From the NCBI GenBank assembly GCA_000091205.1, contig AP006488.2: a DNA stretch of 64,000 nucleotides; one strand, given 5' to 3'. A program made the translations under genes and the position numbers. The DNA comes from Cyanidioschyzon merolae (lineage: Eukaryota). The notes below the pieces were generated by a model that ran no database searches, was not told the DNA's origin, and worked only from the letters and a program-made list of their open reading frames with translations. Shown here one piece after another: positions 33,499 through 43,845 of this stretch (the first letter of the stretch is position 1; every line of letters starts with the position of its first letter).

Positions 33499-34128
33499 TC
33501 ACAACAGTTGACCAGCGACACTGTTTACCCAGACACGCTCACGGATAGGGAACTGGGTTCCAAATGATCGCAAAAGTTTGCCACCTGCCGGGCTGCAACA
33601 ACGGTACCAATCGTCCATCTCGACTTGGGCGCTGCCTCGCGGACGCGTACTGGCCGCTGCAGGCCGGTACGTCATCGGCTGAACCCCGAACACCACGCCA
33701 TCGGGCCCTGGATAACCTTTAAGCTCCGCCAAGGATACAATGGTGCAGCTTTTCTGGCTATCCTCGCGCGAAGCAGTTCCCGATCTAGCAGCGAACAAGA
33801 ACGAAGCAGTTCGGGAAGGTAGCGGGCCCAACGCAGCTGCACTGCCCATGTTCAGCGACGTCCAACGCCGAGTCGCGCTAGAGTGCCCGCGCTTGCCGGA
33901 ACGCTGCCTCAGTATCGAGTGCACTCGCCTGAAGGGGTACGGTCCAGCTGGTGCCATTCGCCGGGCCTTGCACTGGACGCTGGTAGAGGATTTCCGGTGT
34001 CTGCATACGCGCCAGTACGCTTGTATGAATCGATCTGGGGCGCTGGAATCATGACGCCCGCCTATACCACACTGCGGGGAGTTTCCGCTGTCGCCTACAG
34101 CAAACCCTTCAAACCGTAATCCAGACAA
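33499..34128 (-). CDS. Hypothetical protein
   Basis: 209-aa ORF with no recognisable domain. Confidence 0.25.
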   Translation of the reverse strand: MSGLRFEGFAVGDSGNSPQCGIGGRHDSSAPDRFIQAYWRVCRHRKSSTSVQCKARRMAPAGPYPFRRVHSILRQRSGKRGHSSATRRWTSLNMGSAAALGPLPSRTASFLFAARSGTASREDSQKSCTIVSLAELKGYPGPDGVVFGVQPMTYRPAAASTRPRGSAQVEMDDWYRCCSPAGGKLLRSFGTQFPIRERVWVNSVAGQLL

Positions 34129-34168
34129 AAAAAGCTCGTCCGTACTGCGTCATCGCATCCAATGAACT

Positions 34169-36082
34169 TTAGCGCTTCTCTGGGGGTTGTATAACCTCCA
34201 CTTGAACTGGCGTCACGTTCTCCTCCGTGGTATGGTTGCTCGCCTGAACACCTTGCTCGTTCGCCTCATCAACGTGAACATCCCTGTCCACAGTGTGCGC
34301 TGATGCTGCGGACGTCGAGGACGATCGCGGTACGCCAAGTGGAAACATCCGCGTCAGAGAAGTCATCGAGACGATAGAATCGATATTGGGCGCTTTGGAA
34401 CGCAGCGCCTGTGACGACGACGAAGACGACAACAACAACAGATCATCGTTGTCCGCGTCGACATAGGCCTGGTATTGTACGCCGATGTGGAGGCGGCTCT
34501 CGGCAGCAACGGAGCCGCGCAACGGAACCCACATATCCCGTCTCTGACCGTCTCTGAGCGCCGACACAGCCATGCTGAAAGCGCCGATGATGCGGTGTTT
34601 CAGTCCGTATCGATCTGCGACTTCGATATGCAGACGTGCTGTATTCGGATTTCGCACGGGCAGCTCAAACAGCTGATTCCAAATTGGCTGGCCTCGCACG
34701 CTCCGCGCACTTGTGCTCTTGTCCGGCTTACTCCGCACAGTTATCCCGTCCACAGAGATATAACAGAATGGATTGCTCAGCCCGAGCGATGTTGTGCCGC
34801 TCAGATTCCGCGCGCCGTAGAGCATGACGATGAGAAGGCCGTCGTCGAGACTCGGGTCGTCAAGAATATCGGGTTCTGATTCGCCAGCGTCGGACAGGTC
34901 ATCGGTGCTGAGGTCGTCACGACCAGGCGCTGCGGACTCCGAACGTCGTCGAAAGCGCGCTTTGGTCAGAGCGCCCATGCAGGGATCATTTCGCGAGCCG
35001 TCCCAGGCACCCATGCGGGCATAGCGCTGCAGTTGCTCGAGGCTGCTGAGGCGCAGGATCGGCATTCGCCGCGGCAAAACAAACAGGTCTGGAATATCGC
35101 ACGTGAGCAGTTTGCGTAGAAACGGGCGTAAACCAGGGATTTCCATCACATCAACAACTTTGAAAGGTCGCAGCTGTAAATCGATGAGCGGTCGTCGCAG
35201 CAATGCCACATTGACATCGCCCAAGTAGGGTGCCTCTGGGATCATCCGGGCTCGAATCCATAGCTGCGAATCGATATCGAGGCCACTGACAACAACTGGT
35301 ACTGCAAAGGAGGCCCGCTGGGTGACCCCGAAGTTCACGCGCAGATGCAGCTGGGCGTCGCCATCATAGCGAACGCCTACCAGCAGCACAAGGTCGCCAT
35401 CCGAACGAGTCGGTAGCTTCTCCACCGACGGTAGCCGCAGCGCTCTCTCGTGCAGCTCGAGTCGCTCCACCGTCACCGACTGCACAAACGGCGGTCGATT
35501 GTTCTTCAGATTCGCGTCGATCAAGTCCTGCAGAATCATCTTTCCGGTGACAGATAGCTCCGTGTTGTACAGACGCCACATTTTCCGTATTGCCGCATTA
35601 ATCCACTCTGCCGACTCCGCTTCCGTGGTTTCCCGCGCTGCGATCGCTTGCAGACGCTGACGCTCTCGGGCAGCACTGCTGGAGCCCAGCGTATTCATGG
35701 AAGCCGAGTCCTCAGGTATCGCTCCTCGGCCGCCGTCTGCAGAGGTCGCTGCATCGACTTGAAGCTCTGCCGTCTTCTTTGCGCGCCGTTGTCTAGCCTG
35801 ACCCGGCACGTAGAACACCGATACCACAATGGCTACGATGAACGCAAGCAAGTCGCATACGAATTGTCCGAGGCGAACGACCAAATACGTCAGTATCCAC
35901 ATGCCCAGGAGGACATAGAGTCCGTCGGGGTAGAGCGGCGGACGGTTTGCGGCAGCCGGGTCCACAGGTTGACGACGTCGCGCATCGGCAAAGCGCTTCG
36001 AGACTTCGTCTGTGAAGCTCCGGATCTGTATCAGCGTCTGCGTCCACCAGGTTTTGATCCGCGACTCCGTCTGCGAAAACAT
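34169..36082 (-). CDS. Extended-synaptotagmin/tricalbin-like lipid-transfer protein (TM hairpin + SMP domain + C2 domain)
   Basis: Hydrophobic hairpin LYVLLGMWILTYLVVRLGQFVCDLLAFIVAIVVSVFYV. SMP signature AEWINAAIRKMWRLYNTELS. C2 domain LLIVMLYGARNLSGTTSLGLSNPFCYISVDG...GQPIWNQLFELPV. The ORF continues to 36655, but the upstream 191 codons are low complexity and run into a GGT/GCT simple repeat. The start is therefore taken at MFSQTESRIKTWW (36082). Confidence 0.75.
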   Translation of the reverse strand: MFSQTESRIKTWWTQTLIQIRSFTDEVSKRFADARRRQPVDPAAANRPPLYPDGLYVLLGMWILTYLVVRLGQFVCDLLAFIVAIVVSVFYVPGQARQRRAKKTAELQVDAATSADGGRGAIPEDSASMNTLGSSSAARERQRLQAIAARETTEAESAEWINAAIRKMWRLYNTELSVTGKMILQDLIDANLKNNRPPFVQSVTVERLELHERALRLPSVEKLPTRSDGDLVLLVGVRYDGDAQLHLRVNFGVTQRASFAVPVVVSGLDIDSQLWIRARMIPEAPYLGDVNVALLRRPLIDLQLRPFKVVDVMEIPGLRPFLRKLLTCDIPDLFVLPRRMPILRLSSLEQLQRYARMGAWDGSRNDPCMGALTKARFRRRSESAAPGRDDLSTDDLSDAGESEPDILDDPSLDDGLLIVMLYGARNLSGTTSLGLSNPFCYISVDGITVRSKPDKSTSARSVRGQPIWNQLFELPVRNPNTARLHIEVADRYGLKHRIIGAFSMAVSALRDGQRRDMWVPLRGSVAAESRLHIGVQYQAYVDADNDDLLLLSSSSSSQALRSKAPNIDSIVSMTSLTRMFPLGVPRSSSTSAASAHTVDRDVHVDEANEQGVQASNHTTEENVTPVQVEVIQPPEKR

Positions 36083-36833
36083 TAAGCTTGGATTGAAAAA
36101 GCCGGTGCGGGACGCTTTTCGAAACGTTCGTTTCCCGTCCAAGAAACAGACAACGATGCTCTTGTGCGAACTGCGCTGCGGACGGGTCCATGTTGCCCGA
36201 GTTCGCTGCCCTGTCGCGTCCGCTACCACGCTCGGGAGACGCGTGCACTGTTCAGATTGACGCGGCACAGAAACCGTCCGTTTCATGCCTTGACAGGTCG
36301 AGAAACTGTGACGGCGAAAGTGTTGTTGTCTGTGCTGCAGCTCTTGATGAGGTAACAGAGCGTCTAGCGGAAGCGCACCGCGCAGCCACGTGAACGGCCC
36401 TCGCCTGCGAGACTGGGGTCGACGTTTCCCGTGCACAGAAAACTGAGGTTTTCGCGTTCCCCTACCACGCGAAACCGCTTCATACATTGGCCCCAAACCT
36501 GTGCAAAAGCAAACCGACACCTGAGAATGGGAATGGCGCTCCATTGGCGCGTTTGTACCCACCTGCACACTGCCGACTGCGCACGGAACTTGACGTTCCA
36601 TTTCCTGTACCAGTACCACCAGCACCAGCGCCACTACCACCGCCAATGTAGCCACCGGGTTTCACGTCACCAGCTCTATACTTAGCACGAACGCTCCAGT
36701 TATAATCTAGCGTCCAACTAGAGATGCAAGTTGTTCATTCGCGTTCCGCTTGGAGCGTGAAGCCAGTCCCCGCCAACAGAATATTGTAGGTGCGACGACA
36801 GCGCGCGTTGAACGCCTTCCAGTCTTTCCTGTG

Positions 36834-37064
36834 GCGATGATTGAAGGCGATGATGGCGATGATGGCGATGATTGAAGGCGATGAAGGCGATGATGGCGAT
36901 GATTGAAGGCGATGATGGCGATGATGGCGATGATGGCGATGATGGCGATGATTGAAGGCGATGATGGCGATGATGGCGATGATGGCGAAGGCGATGAAGG
37001 CGATGAAGGCGATGATGGCGATGATGGCGATGATGGCGATGATGGCGATGATGGATGGCGATGA
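36834..37064. repeat. Minisatellite, (GATGGC)n with GATGAAGGC/GATTGAAGGC variants, ~230 bp
   Basis: Read directly. It lies between the divergently oriented E-Syt-like (-) and lipase (+) genes. It would encode HRHHRH.../IIAIIA... only as antisense artefacts. Confidence 0.9.
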
Positions 37065-37228
37065 GCGCCAACGCCGCCCGCCGTGCCGTCTAAACGGAAG
37101 CAATTACCCTAAAAGCGCTTACCGGATAGCATCAAAGCCATTCGTTCTGTGAAGCATACGGTGCTTAGACGTACGTGAGCAGCGTCGCTCTAGCTGTTTA
37201 TGGGCGTGTGGGTGCTCACTAGTGACCC

Positions 37229-39187
37229 ATGGCGAACAGGGAGAGCAGTGATGGACCTTTTGTAGCATATACGTTGGCGTTGACGCAGAGTGTGCGTTCT
37301 AGTTTGGTGCTCGTGCGTGACGCCGCAGCGGAGCTCGCCGTACGCATCGGTTGCCTCTTGTGTGAACCCAGTGACGGTGCCAGTGGAAACGCTAACTCGG
37401 GCCTCAGTCCGCTGAAGAAGCATTCGCGCAACTATGCGACGGCTCAGCGGGTACAGCGTGAGGCGGAGTCGCTGAAGCTGACCTGCGACGCTATTTTCCC
37501 CGAGGTGGAGCAGCTGTTGGCTGTTGTGGCGGGGGAACCATCTTTGTCGCTTTCTGACGCAGCTTTGAGCGTGGATGCGAAGGACTTTGCGAACTGCTCG
37601 GTGCTGCACGCCACAGGGAACGTCGAAGCTGCTGGATGCGGATGTTGCGGGGCACGGCGCCGTTCCCCGCTTGTGGGACGTGGCTGGGGCGGTGCCTATG
37701 GTTGCCCCGGCAACGGCTACGAGTCACTGCTGTGCATCCTCTGGCGTTTGCTGCAGCGTCTTGAGGTCGAGACAGCACTCACCAACCAGGAAGCGGCAGA
37801 GCGTCGTGCGCGTCAGCGTTCGTTGCGACGTTCGCCGCGGCTGGTGGCGAACAGCGGCTACGGGCTCTCGGGCGGTGCTGATGAGCGTCCGAGCCAAGCG
37901 ACAGCGCCCAGCGTGAACTGGCGAGAGCTAGAAAGGCGCTGGCTTGCACCGCATTCGAGTGCTAACCAGCTGACGCCGTTGGGTCGCCTAACTGGTCATC
38001 ATTTGCAACTGAAGCAGTTCTATGCGATGATCCACCTAGCCTGTCGTTGTGTGCGACAGAGCGATGTTGGGCGAACGCTATTCGTCCCGATGAGTGCCGA
38101 GTTCGATCATCGGGTTTGGGCGCCCGTTGTGAAGCTGGACAGTTTTCAGGGAGTTCATTTCGGTTTTCAGTACAGTCGTGAAATGCGGACGGTGCTGCGT
38201 ATTGTGCAAGTTATTCGCAGTGCAGTGCGACGTGCAGTAGCCAGCGAATACTTTCGAAGAAGCGCTTTCGCTCGCAAACTAGCATTCTTTTCGTGGGGAT
38301 GGTTCTATATTCATATGGCGCTGCTGGAGAACTATGGGTACAGCACGAGCATGGCCCAACAGATTGTAGAGAAGCTGGCAAGCGCGTTCGGAGCGAGCCT
38401 GTCGACAGTGGAGCGACCAGCAGGTCGTCGCGAGGCTGCAGATACCCCTGAAGTGGCAGCGCGCTCACCTGTCGTGAGCCTTGACGAGGCACGCATGTTC
38501 TTCAATCTTTCAGAGGATCCTTTGTTCTTGGGATTCGCACTTATTCGGGACAAAGACGTTGCGCTCGACCAGTTCTTCGAAATCGACGATGCAGCGGATG
38601 CATTGAAGCGCGCGCCACACAAGAACGCGCAGCACCGAGTGCAGCGGAGCGTCGACCACTCGACCTCATTGTCGCGCGGAGATGCGGAAATGTCGCCAGA
38701 AGCAGCTGCAAGTGGTACGCGATTAAAACTGCCCGCTGCGCTGCATGGACCGTTGAAAGCACGCCTTCTATCGTCGGTTGTCCGTTGCGTGCAGATCAAG
38801 TCGCAACGAACGACGGCGCCGAATACCGCGGAGCATAGCGCCTCTGGTACCGCGACATGTGCAAGCGCTGCCGAAAGCTTTTCCCCAGCACCGATGACGG
38901 ATTGCTGGCAACGTCCACACGAAATGGACGAAACGATTGACGCTTCCGCGGATGCGACTGCAGCCGCGATGAGCCCAGATCGCTTCTGCCAGCACGCCGA
39001 TGATCCATGGAGAGCATCGAACCTAACTGTAAGCGCAACCGAACCGGTTGCTGCAACTGATGCGTCACCACGTCGCGCTGGTGCGGCGGCAACTGGACCA
39101 GATAGCGAGTCAGGTTCGTCGGTTTGGGCAGCAGATAGCGCAGCTTTGCAGCGGGATACCGCTGACGCCGATGGAGCTCTCGGAAAT

Positions 39188-39233
<46 letters not shown>

Positions 39234-40498
39234 CCAATGGAATCGACCGCAGCCCGCGGGCGCTTTCCACCACGCCTGCCGAGGCGGACGCTGGGGATCC
39301 TCCACAGTCTAGCTCGCGAGCGGCACGCAGCCTCCGACGTGAGCGCTCGGGTTCACTCTTGGCATCCGCGATAAGCTCATCCATGCGAAGCATAGGCGCT
39401 CGGATCGATTCGCTATTGCGGCATCAAGCCGACGAGGGGCTAGCGCGCTCCCTCATTGTCTTCTTCCATGGTGGCGGCTTTATTGGCCAGAGTTCGCTGA
39501 CCCACACCAGCCTCCTGAAACAGATCGCTCATGACATTCCAGATGCAATGGTCGTATCCATGGACTATAGATTAGCGCCAGAATATCCCTACCCCACAGC
39601 GGTGAACGAGTGCTTCCATTTCTATATCTGGGCTCTCGAGAACGCACATCTTTTGGGTACGCACGCTGAACGGATCGTTGTTGCAGGCGACAGCGCTGGC
39701 GGGAATCTGGCGGTGGTGCTCACCATTCTGCTTATCCAGCACGGTCTGCGACTACCTGATGGACTGGTGCTGGCATACCCGGCGTTGAATTTGACATTGC
39801 AGTGGTCACCGTCGCGACTTTTGTCGGCTTTCGATCCACTGCTCTCGATCGATCTGTTGGAGTTAATTCTCCAGTCGTATGTGCCGGCCGATGTGGATGC
39901 GAGTAGGGATCCGTATCTGAGCCCATGCATCGCAGCTTCAGATACGCTGCTGGAGGCGTTCCCACCCGTCTACATGGTCTGCGGTGCATACGATCCACTG
40001 CTGGATGATACGGTCGAGTTTGCGCATCGGCTGCGGCTCGTGAAGCGCGACACCCATTGCGATCGAGATGCCGTTCGGTTGCGAGTCTACGAGGGCATGC
40101 CGCACGGTTTTCTCAGTATGAGCAGCGCAATCCATGAGGCATCTGCTGCCGTTAGCCAAGTGACCCTGTGGATGAGCGAACTACTGCAGGTGTCGTGGGC
40201 CGGTGACCACGAGCGAAGCTGCCGCTCGGCACCGTCGTCACCGCGACTGCCGCTGCCAGCGCCGTCTGGCGCAGACGCGAGCCTATCCACATCGACGGAT
40301 TCGCTGCAGCACACCGAACGCTCCGGAGTCGATCTGCAGGCCTCGATGGACACCACGAAAGCCGCTGCTGCTCCTGCTACTACTGCCGCCGCACTCCGTC
40401 AAGCTATGCGTGAACTCAGCGTGGCATTTTCCGTATCTGAATCAAGTGACAGCGACTCGGATGAGGATCGTGCGGAACAAACACCGCGTTTCGCCTGA
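37229..40498 (+). CDS. Hormone-sensitive lipase family protein (HSL N-terminal-like region + alpha/beta hydrolase fold-3 with HGGG and GDSAGG motifs)
   Basis: The block LIVFFHGGGFIGQSSLTHTSLLKQIAHDIPDAMVVSMDYRLAPEYPYPTAVNECFHFYIWALENAHLLGTHAERIVVAGDSAGGNLAVV...PDGLVLAYPALNL aligns position by position to the human LIPE catalytic core (HGGGF...IDYSLAPEAPFPRALEEC...GERICLAGDSAGGNL...PDGIMAAYPA). There is a long N-terminal helical region and an internal poly-Ala tract. Confidence 0.9.
39188..39231. repeat. (CAG)n/(GCA)n trinucleotide repeat inside the lipase CDS, encoding poly-Ala
   Basis: gcagcagcag... x15 read directly. It is in frame as GNAAAAAAAAAAAAAAAASNG. Confidence 0.9.
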
Positions 40499-41433
40499 GC
40501 TCGCATCGACGCCAACGCACCGGGAGCAGCGTGCATGTAAGGATGAATGCTTTTATCCCTAATTGTCTTTGTGTATTTGTGCGCGCGCGTGTGTGTCTAT
40601 TTGTGTGGAGAGATGTCCGTATGGCTCGTTGCGTACGACAGTACGGATTCGTTTGCATGGAAGCAGCCAGGCACTCGCGAGACTGCGAGCAACGACGAAC
40701 ATGCATCGACGCGTCGCGTTGCGGTATCTGCAGACGACGGCTTGTTCTGAAACCGGGACGCTTCGCTTTCGCTGGGTTAGCCTCCATAATTCTTAACGTA
40801 TACGTCCGTAAATCGACATGCTCGACTCGTCGCTGACGCAGAGCGATGAATCGGCAGCGGCAGGCTCGGTGCGGCGTTGTACGCAGCGTACACGCGGTGA
40901 TCAACGAGGCACCGTGTGGCGACCTGACAACCTGGAGAGGATTCGGTGAACCTACAATAAATCTTACCTGTTTCCCGCGATACCCGCGTCCTGGGGACTA
41001 CTACGGAAGCGGCGCATGTGCGTCACGCCTCGATCCGAACCTCGTTAAGCGAATGCAAAATGGCGCCAGGTCCGTATGGTATCCAGTGCGTCAATGGATT
41101 GATCAAGCGTCTGGGGCATGCTCGACTAGGGTGGATCGAGCGCGGGTATGTTTGACGTAGAGCCTGCTTCCCGGGCCCAGGTCCCGGGAGTGCCTGCGAA
41201 CATCTGAGAGACTGCTGGTTCGATGCAGCGCACCTACACGGTGACAAGCAACCGGAGCGCGTCGCAAAACCTCCGACGCTGCTGGCAACGTCCTTGCGAG
41301 ACAGACTCGTCGATTGCGTCGTCCGCGGCTCGAGCGGTCACCGTTGATGGGATTTCCATACGTGCCGGCGAGCTTTAGGCGCTGCCTTTCTCCACAGTTC
41401 TATATGCTATTCGATTTTACTGCAACGGGCCCC

Positions 41434-41438
41434 AAAAA
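41434..41438 (-). terminator. Pol III T5 terminator directly after tRNA position 60 (end of the permuted 5' half)
   Basis: Minus-strand ...TTCGATACGATTTTTGGGG. The T5 run starts 2 nt after the T-loop. Confidence 0.5.
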
Positions 41439-41441
41439 TCG

Positions 41442-41522
41442 TATCGAACCCGCGTCCTCCCGCTTGCAAAGCGGGCGCTATAACCCCTAAGCCACGCCCC
41501 CGTGAAATGTGGAGGCGGCGGG
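41442..41522 (-). tRNA. Permuted tRNA-Ala(UGC) gene: 3' half (positions 61-73) lies upstream of 5' half (positions 1-60) with an 8-nt linker
   Basis: Minus-strand reading: tRNA 3' half CCCGC-CGCCTCC-A (pos 61-73), then linker CATTTCAC, then the 5' half (pos 1-60): GGGGGCG-TG-GCTT-AGGGGTTAT-AGC-G-CCCGC-TTTGCAA-GCGGG-AGGAC-GCGGG-TTCGATA. Acceptor stem pairs 1-72...7-66 all form, including the G3:U70 wobble that is the alanine identity element. The anticodon is UGC, the T-stem is GCGGG/CCCGC, the T-loop is canonical, and GG18-19 is present. Confidence 0.7.
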
Positions 41523-41557
41523 AAATTCTCGAATGATCGGAAGTAAGAGTGGAAAAT

Positions 41558-41568
41558 TTATATATAAA
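41558..41568 (-). promoter_or_regulatory. TATA-like element (minus-strand TTTATATATAAA) ~36-46 nt upstream of the permuted tRNA-Ala transcription unit
   Basis: Plus-strand tttatatataaag read directly. Upstream TATA elements are typical of plant and algal Pol III tRNA promoters. Confidence 0.4.
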
Positions 41569-42957
41569 GGGTTGCGCAGGTTGTCCACGGACGAGCGTCC
41601 CGTGTCCGTCCAACATTCGATTTTTTTCCGGTGAGTCTTCGATCCTTTTTCCCAGGATCCATTCACTTGCGTCCAGCCTGCAAACGTCCGCGCAATGTTT
41701 CAAAGTCTCAGCACCTTATATGTGCCCGATAGCCGCTGGTGATCGGCTTGCAGCTTGCCGATAAAGGCGCTCGCCGAGGCTGGAGCCGCTCGCTGACGCA
41801 GCGTTCGCGCGGTGCTTTCGACGACTCAGCTCTGGGCGAGGGCGCTCCCGTGTCTTTGTAGGCTGTGCATAGCATCGCTGCCGAGTGGTCGCGTGATATT
41901 GCGGCTTGGTGTTCCTTGCCGAGTGTACGGCTTCACCGTGCGCACCGCTGCATACCCGCAGTCCTTGGGGCGTGACGATTACTTGACTCTGGGCAGGGCG
42001 CGCTGCTGATCAGTCCAGAACGCTTCTTCGGCGCATCAACTGATTCTCACGTGCGCCAAAAGTTCCGGAAAGCGAGGTCACGTGCGAAGCTGTACCGCTC
42101 CGCTGCACCGACTGCGTCACAACAGGTACCTTCTCTAGCCAAATGGACTTGAATCCTCTGCCTACAGTCAGGAGCGGATGTCGTCTACGATAGGATTCGC
42201 TCTGGATCGACTTTACGCAACTTAGGTGCGCGATATGGTGTTCACTCTGCGGTTTCGCTGCGAAGCATGAGCGATGATGAATGTGCAGTTCTCCGCGCTG
42301 CTCCATCGCGTGGCGTACACGCGCCCTCCGAGCAGCGCTCAATCACGGTCAAAGACAAGAGTTGCATCAACACGCTGCGAACGTGCGTCGCTCGCCTCCC
42401 GAACACCCGGAGGCTCGCACTGCAGTACATCGTGGTGCAACGGGCTAAGATCAACGTCAAAAGGTCCGTTGCGACCTTCATTGCCGTCGCGAAACGACGG
42501 GATTATCTGACAGGGCATTTGCGGCAGACGAAAACAAACGTCACGCATATATTCTGTGAACAATGAGCACCATAACAACCTCCGCGCTCATTCGGACTGG
42601 TATGCGTGCTGCGAGCATTCAGCCGGTGACAGCCTCAGCGGAGGCTGGTCGTCCCTCGAAAGACGCTGTCTTCGTGGTATCGCGGGATGAACATATTCGA
42701 CCGATTCGTCCGCCGCATACATCCTTCAGAGATGTCGTCCAGCTACTCTGTCGTAGCAGGGCGCCCCATGCACCTGGGGCACACCAGTAGTGAAATCGAT
42801 GCCCCAGAGGCCGCTCTGCATGCAACCAGTCCTTGCCCAGGACGCAGCACGCGGGTTGCAGGGAGCAGTGATAGGCCCCAGGTGCAGGTCGATACCCTGC
42901 CTTGCCTGGTATCTACAGCGCTGGCGCATCAGAAAGTTAGCAGGTACGCGCGATCTA

Positions 42958-43845
42958 TTACCGTTTCACGAGGTCGAGAAACTGTTCCTGAAGGCTGCGG
43001 TCGGTGGCAAAGACGCCCCGTGTTGTGATCGTGGTCGTTCTTGCATCCGTTTTTCGAATGCCACGCATCGACATACATAAATGAGTCGCCTCGATGTAGA
43101 CTGCAACACCGCGTGGCTGTAGGTATTCCTCAATGCAATCCGCTATCTGTCGAGTGAGACGCTCCTGCACCTGCAAACGACGCGCATACATTTCCGCGAC
43201 TCTGGCGAGCTTGCTCAGACCCAGAATTCGTCCCTGTGGAATGTATGCTATGTGACATTTTCCAAAAAAAGGCACCATGTGATGCTCACACAGCGACCAA
43301 ATATCAATATCACGCTCTAGAATCATATCAGAGTAGGTTTCCGAGAAAACAGCATCGCTCAGCGTCTCCTCTGGCGAGAGCGCATACCCGCTGGTGAACT
43401 CTAACAGCGCACGCGCGTACCGCTCGGGTGTGTCGCGCAAGTTCGAGCGCACAGGGTCTACGCCCAGCTCTTGCATAATTACAGTCACTGCTTCGGCAAT
43501 GCGTTGGCATCGCGCCTCGTCGCTCCCGTGATTCGCACTGGTGACATACGATCCGGAACCTCCTAGTTTCCGAGCTCGAACGTTCTCTGTGGCATTCTCT
43601 GGGGCTACGTCTGGTCCGTTTTCTACGGCACTGCCTGAATCGCGCGACCGCGGAAAAACACCTGCTGGCTTCATGGAGGCGTGCTCGTCACCATTCACTG
43701 CGTCTGCCGGGGCCGACGCCTGCGGAACCCGCCGCCAATCCACGGAAGCGCTCGCTACACGTTGCACCACCGACAAGTCGCAGTTTTCCTTGGGTGACTG
43801 GCAGCTAGGCATTCCCGTCAGGTCACCCAAAATTGGGTATTTCAA
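42958..43845 (-). CDS. GCH1: GTP cyclohydrolase I
   Basis: Blocks [99 protein letters not shown]. Both the zinc-site Cys-x-His-His and the Cys are present. Confidence 0.9.
   Translation of the reverse strand: MKYPILGDLTGMPSCQSPKENCDLSVVQRVASASVDWRRVPQASAPADAVNGDEHASMKPAGVFPRSRDSGSAVENGPDVAPENATENVRARKLGGSGSYVTSANHGSDEARCQRIAEAVTVIMQELGVDPVRSNLRDTPERYARALLEFTSGYALSPEETLSDAVFSETYSDMILERDIDIWSLCEHHMVPFFGKCHIAYIPQGRILGLSKLARVAEMYARRLQVQERLTRQIADCIEEYLQPRGVAVYIEATHLCMSMRGIRKTDARTTTITTRGVFATDRSLQEQFLDLVKR

Noticed and set aside
36834-37064. Possible CRISPR array (regular short repeats)
   Set aside because: The units are 6-9 bp degenerate minisatellite repeats with no unique spacers of 25-40 bp. 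The locus is eukaryotic and there are no cas genes, so this is a minisatellite.
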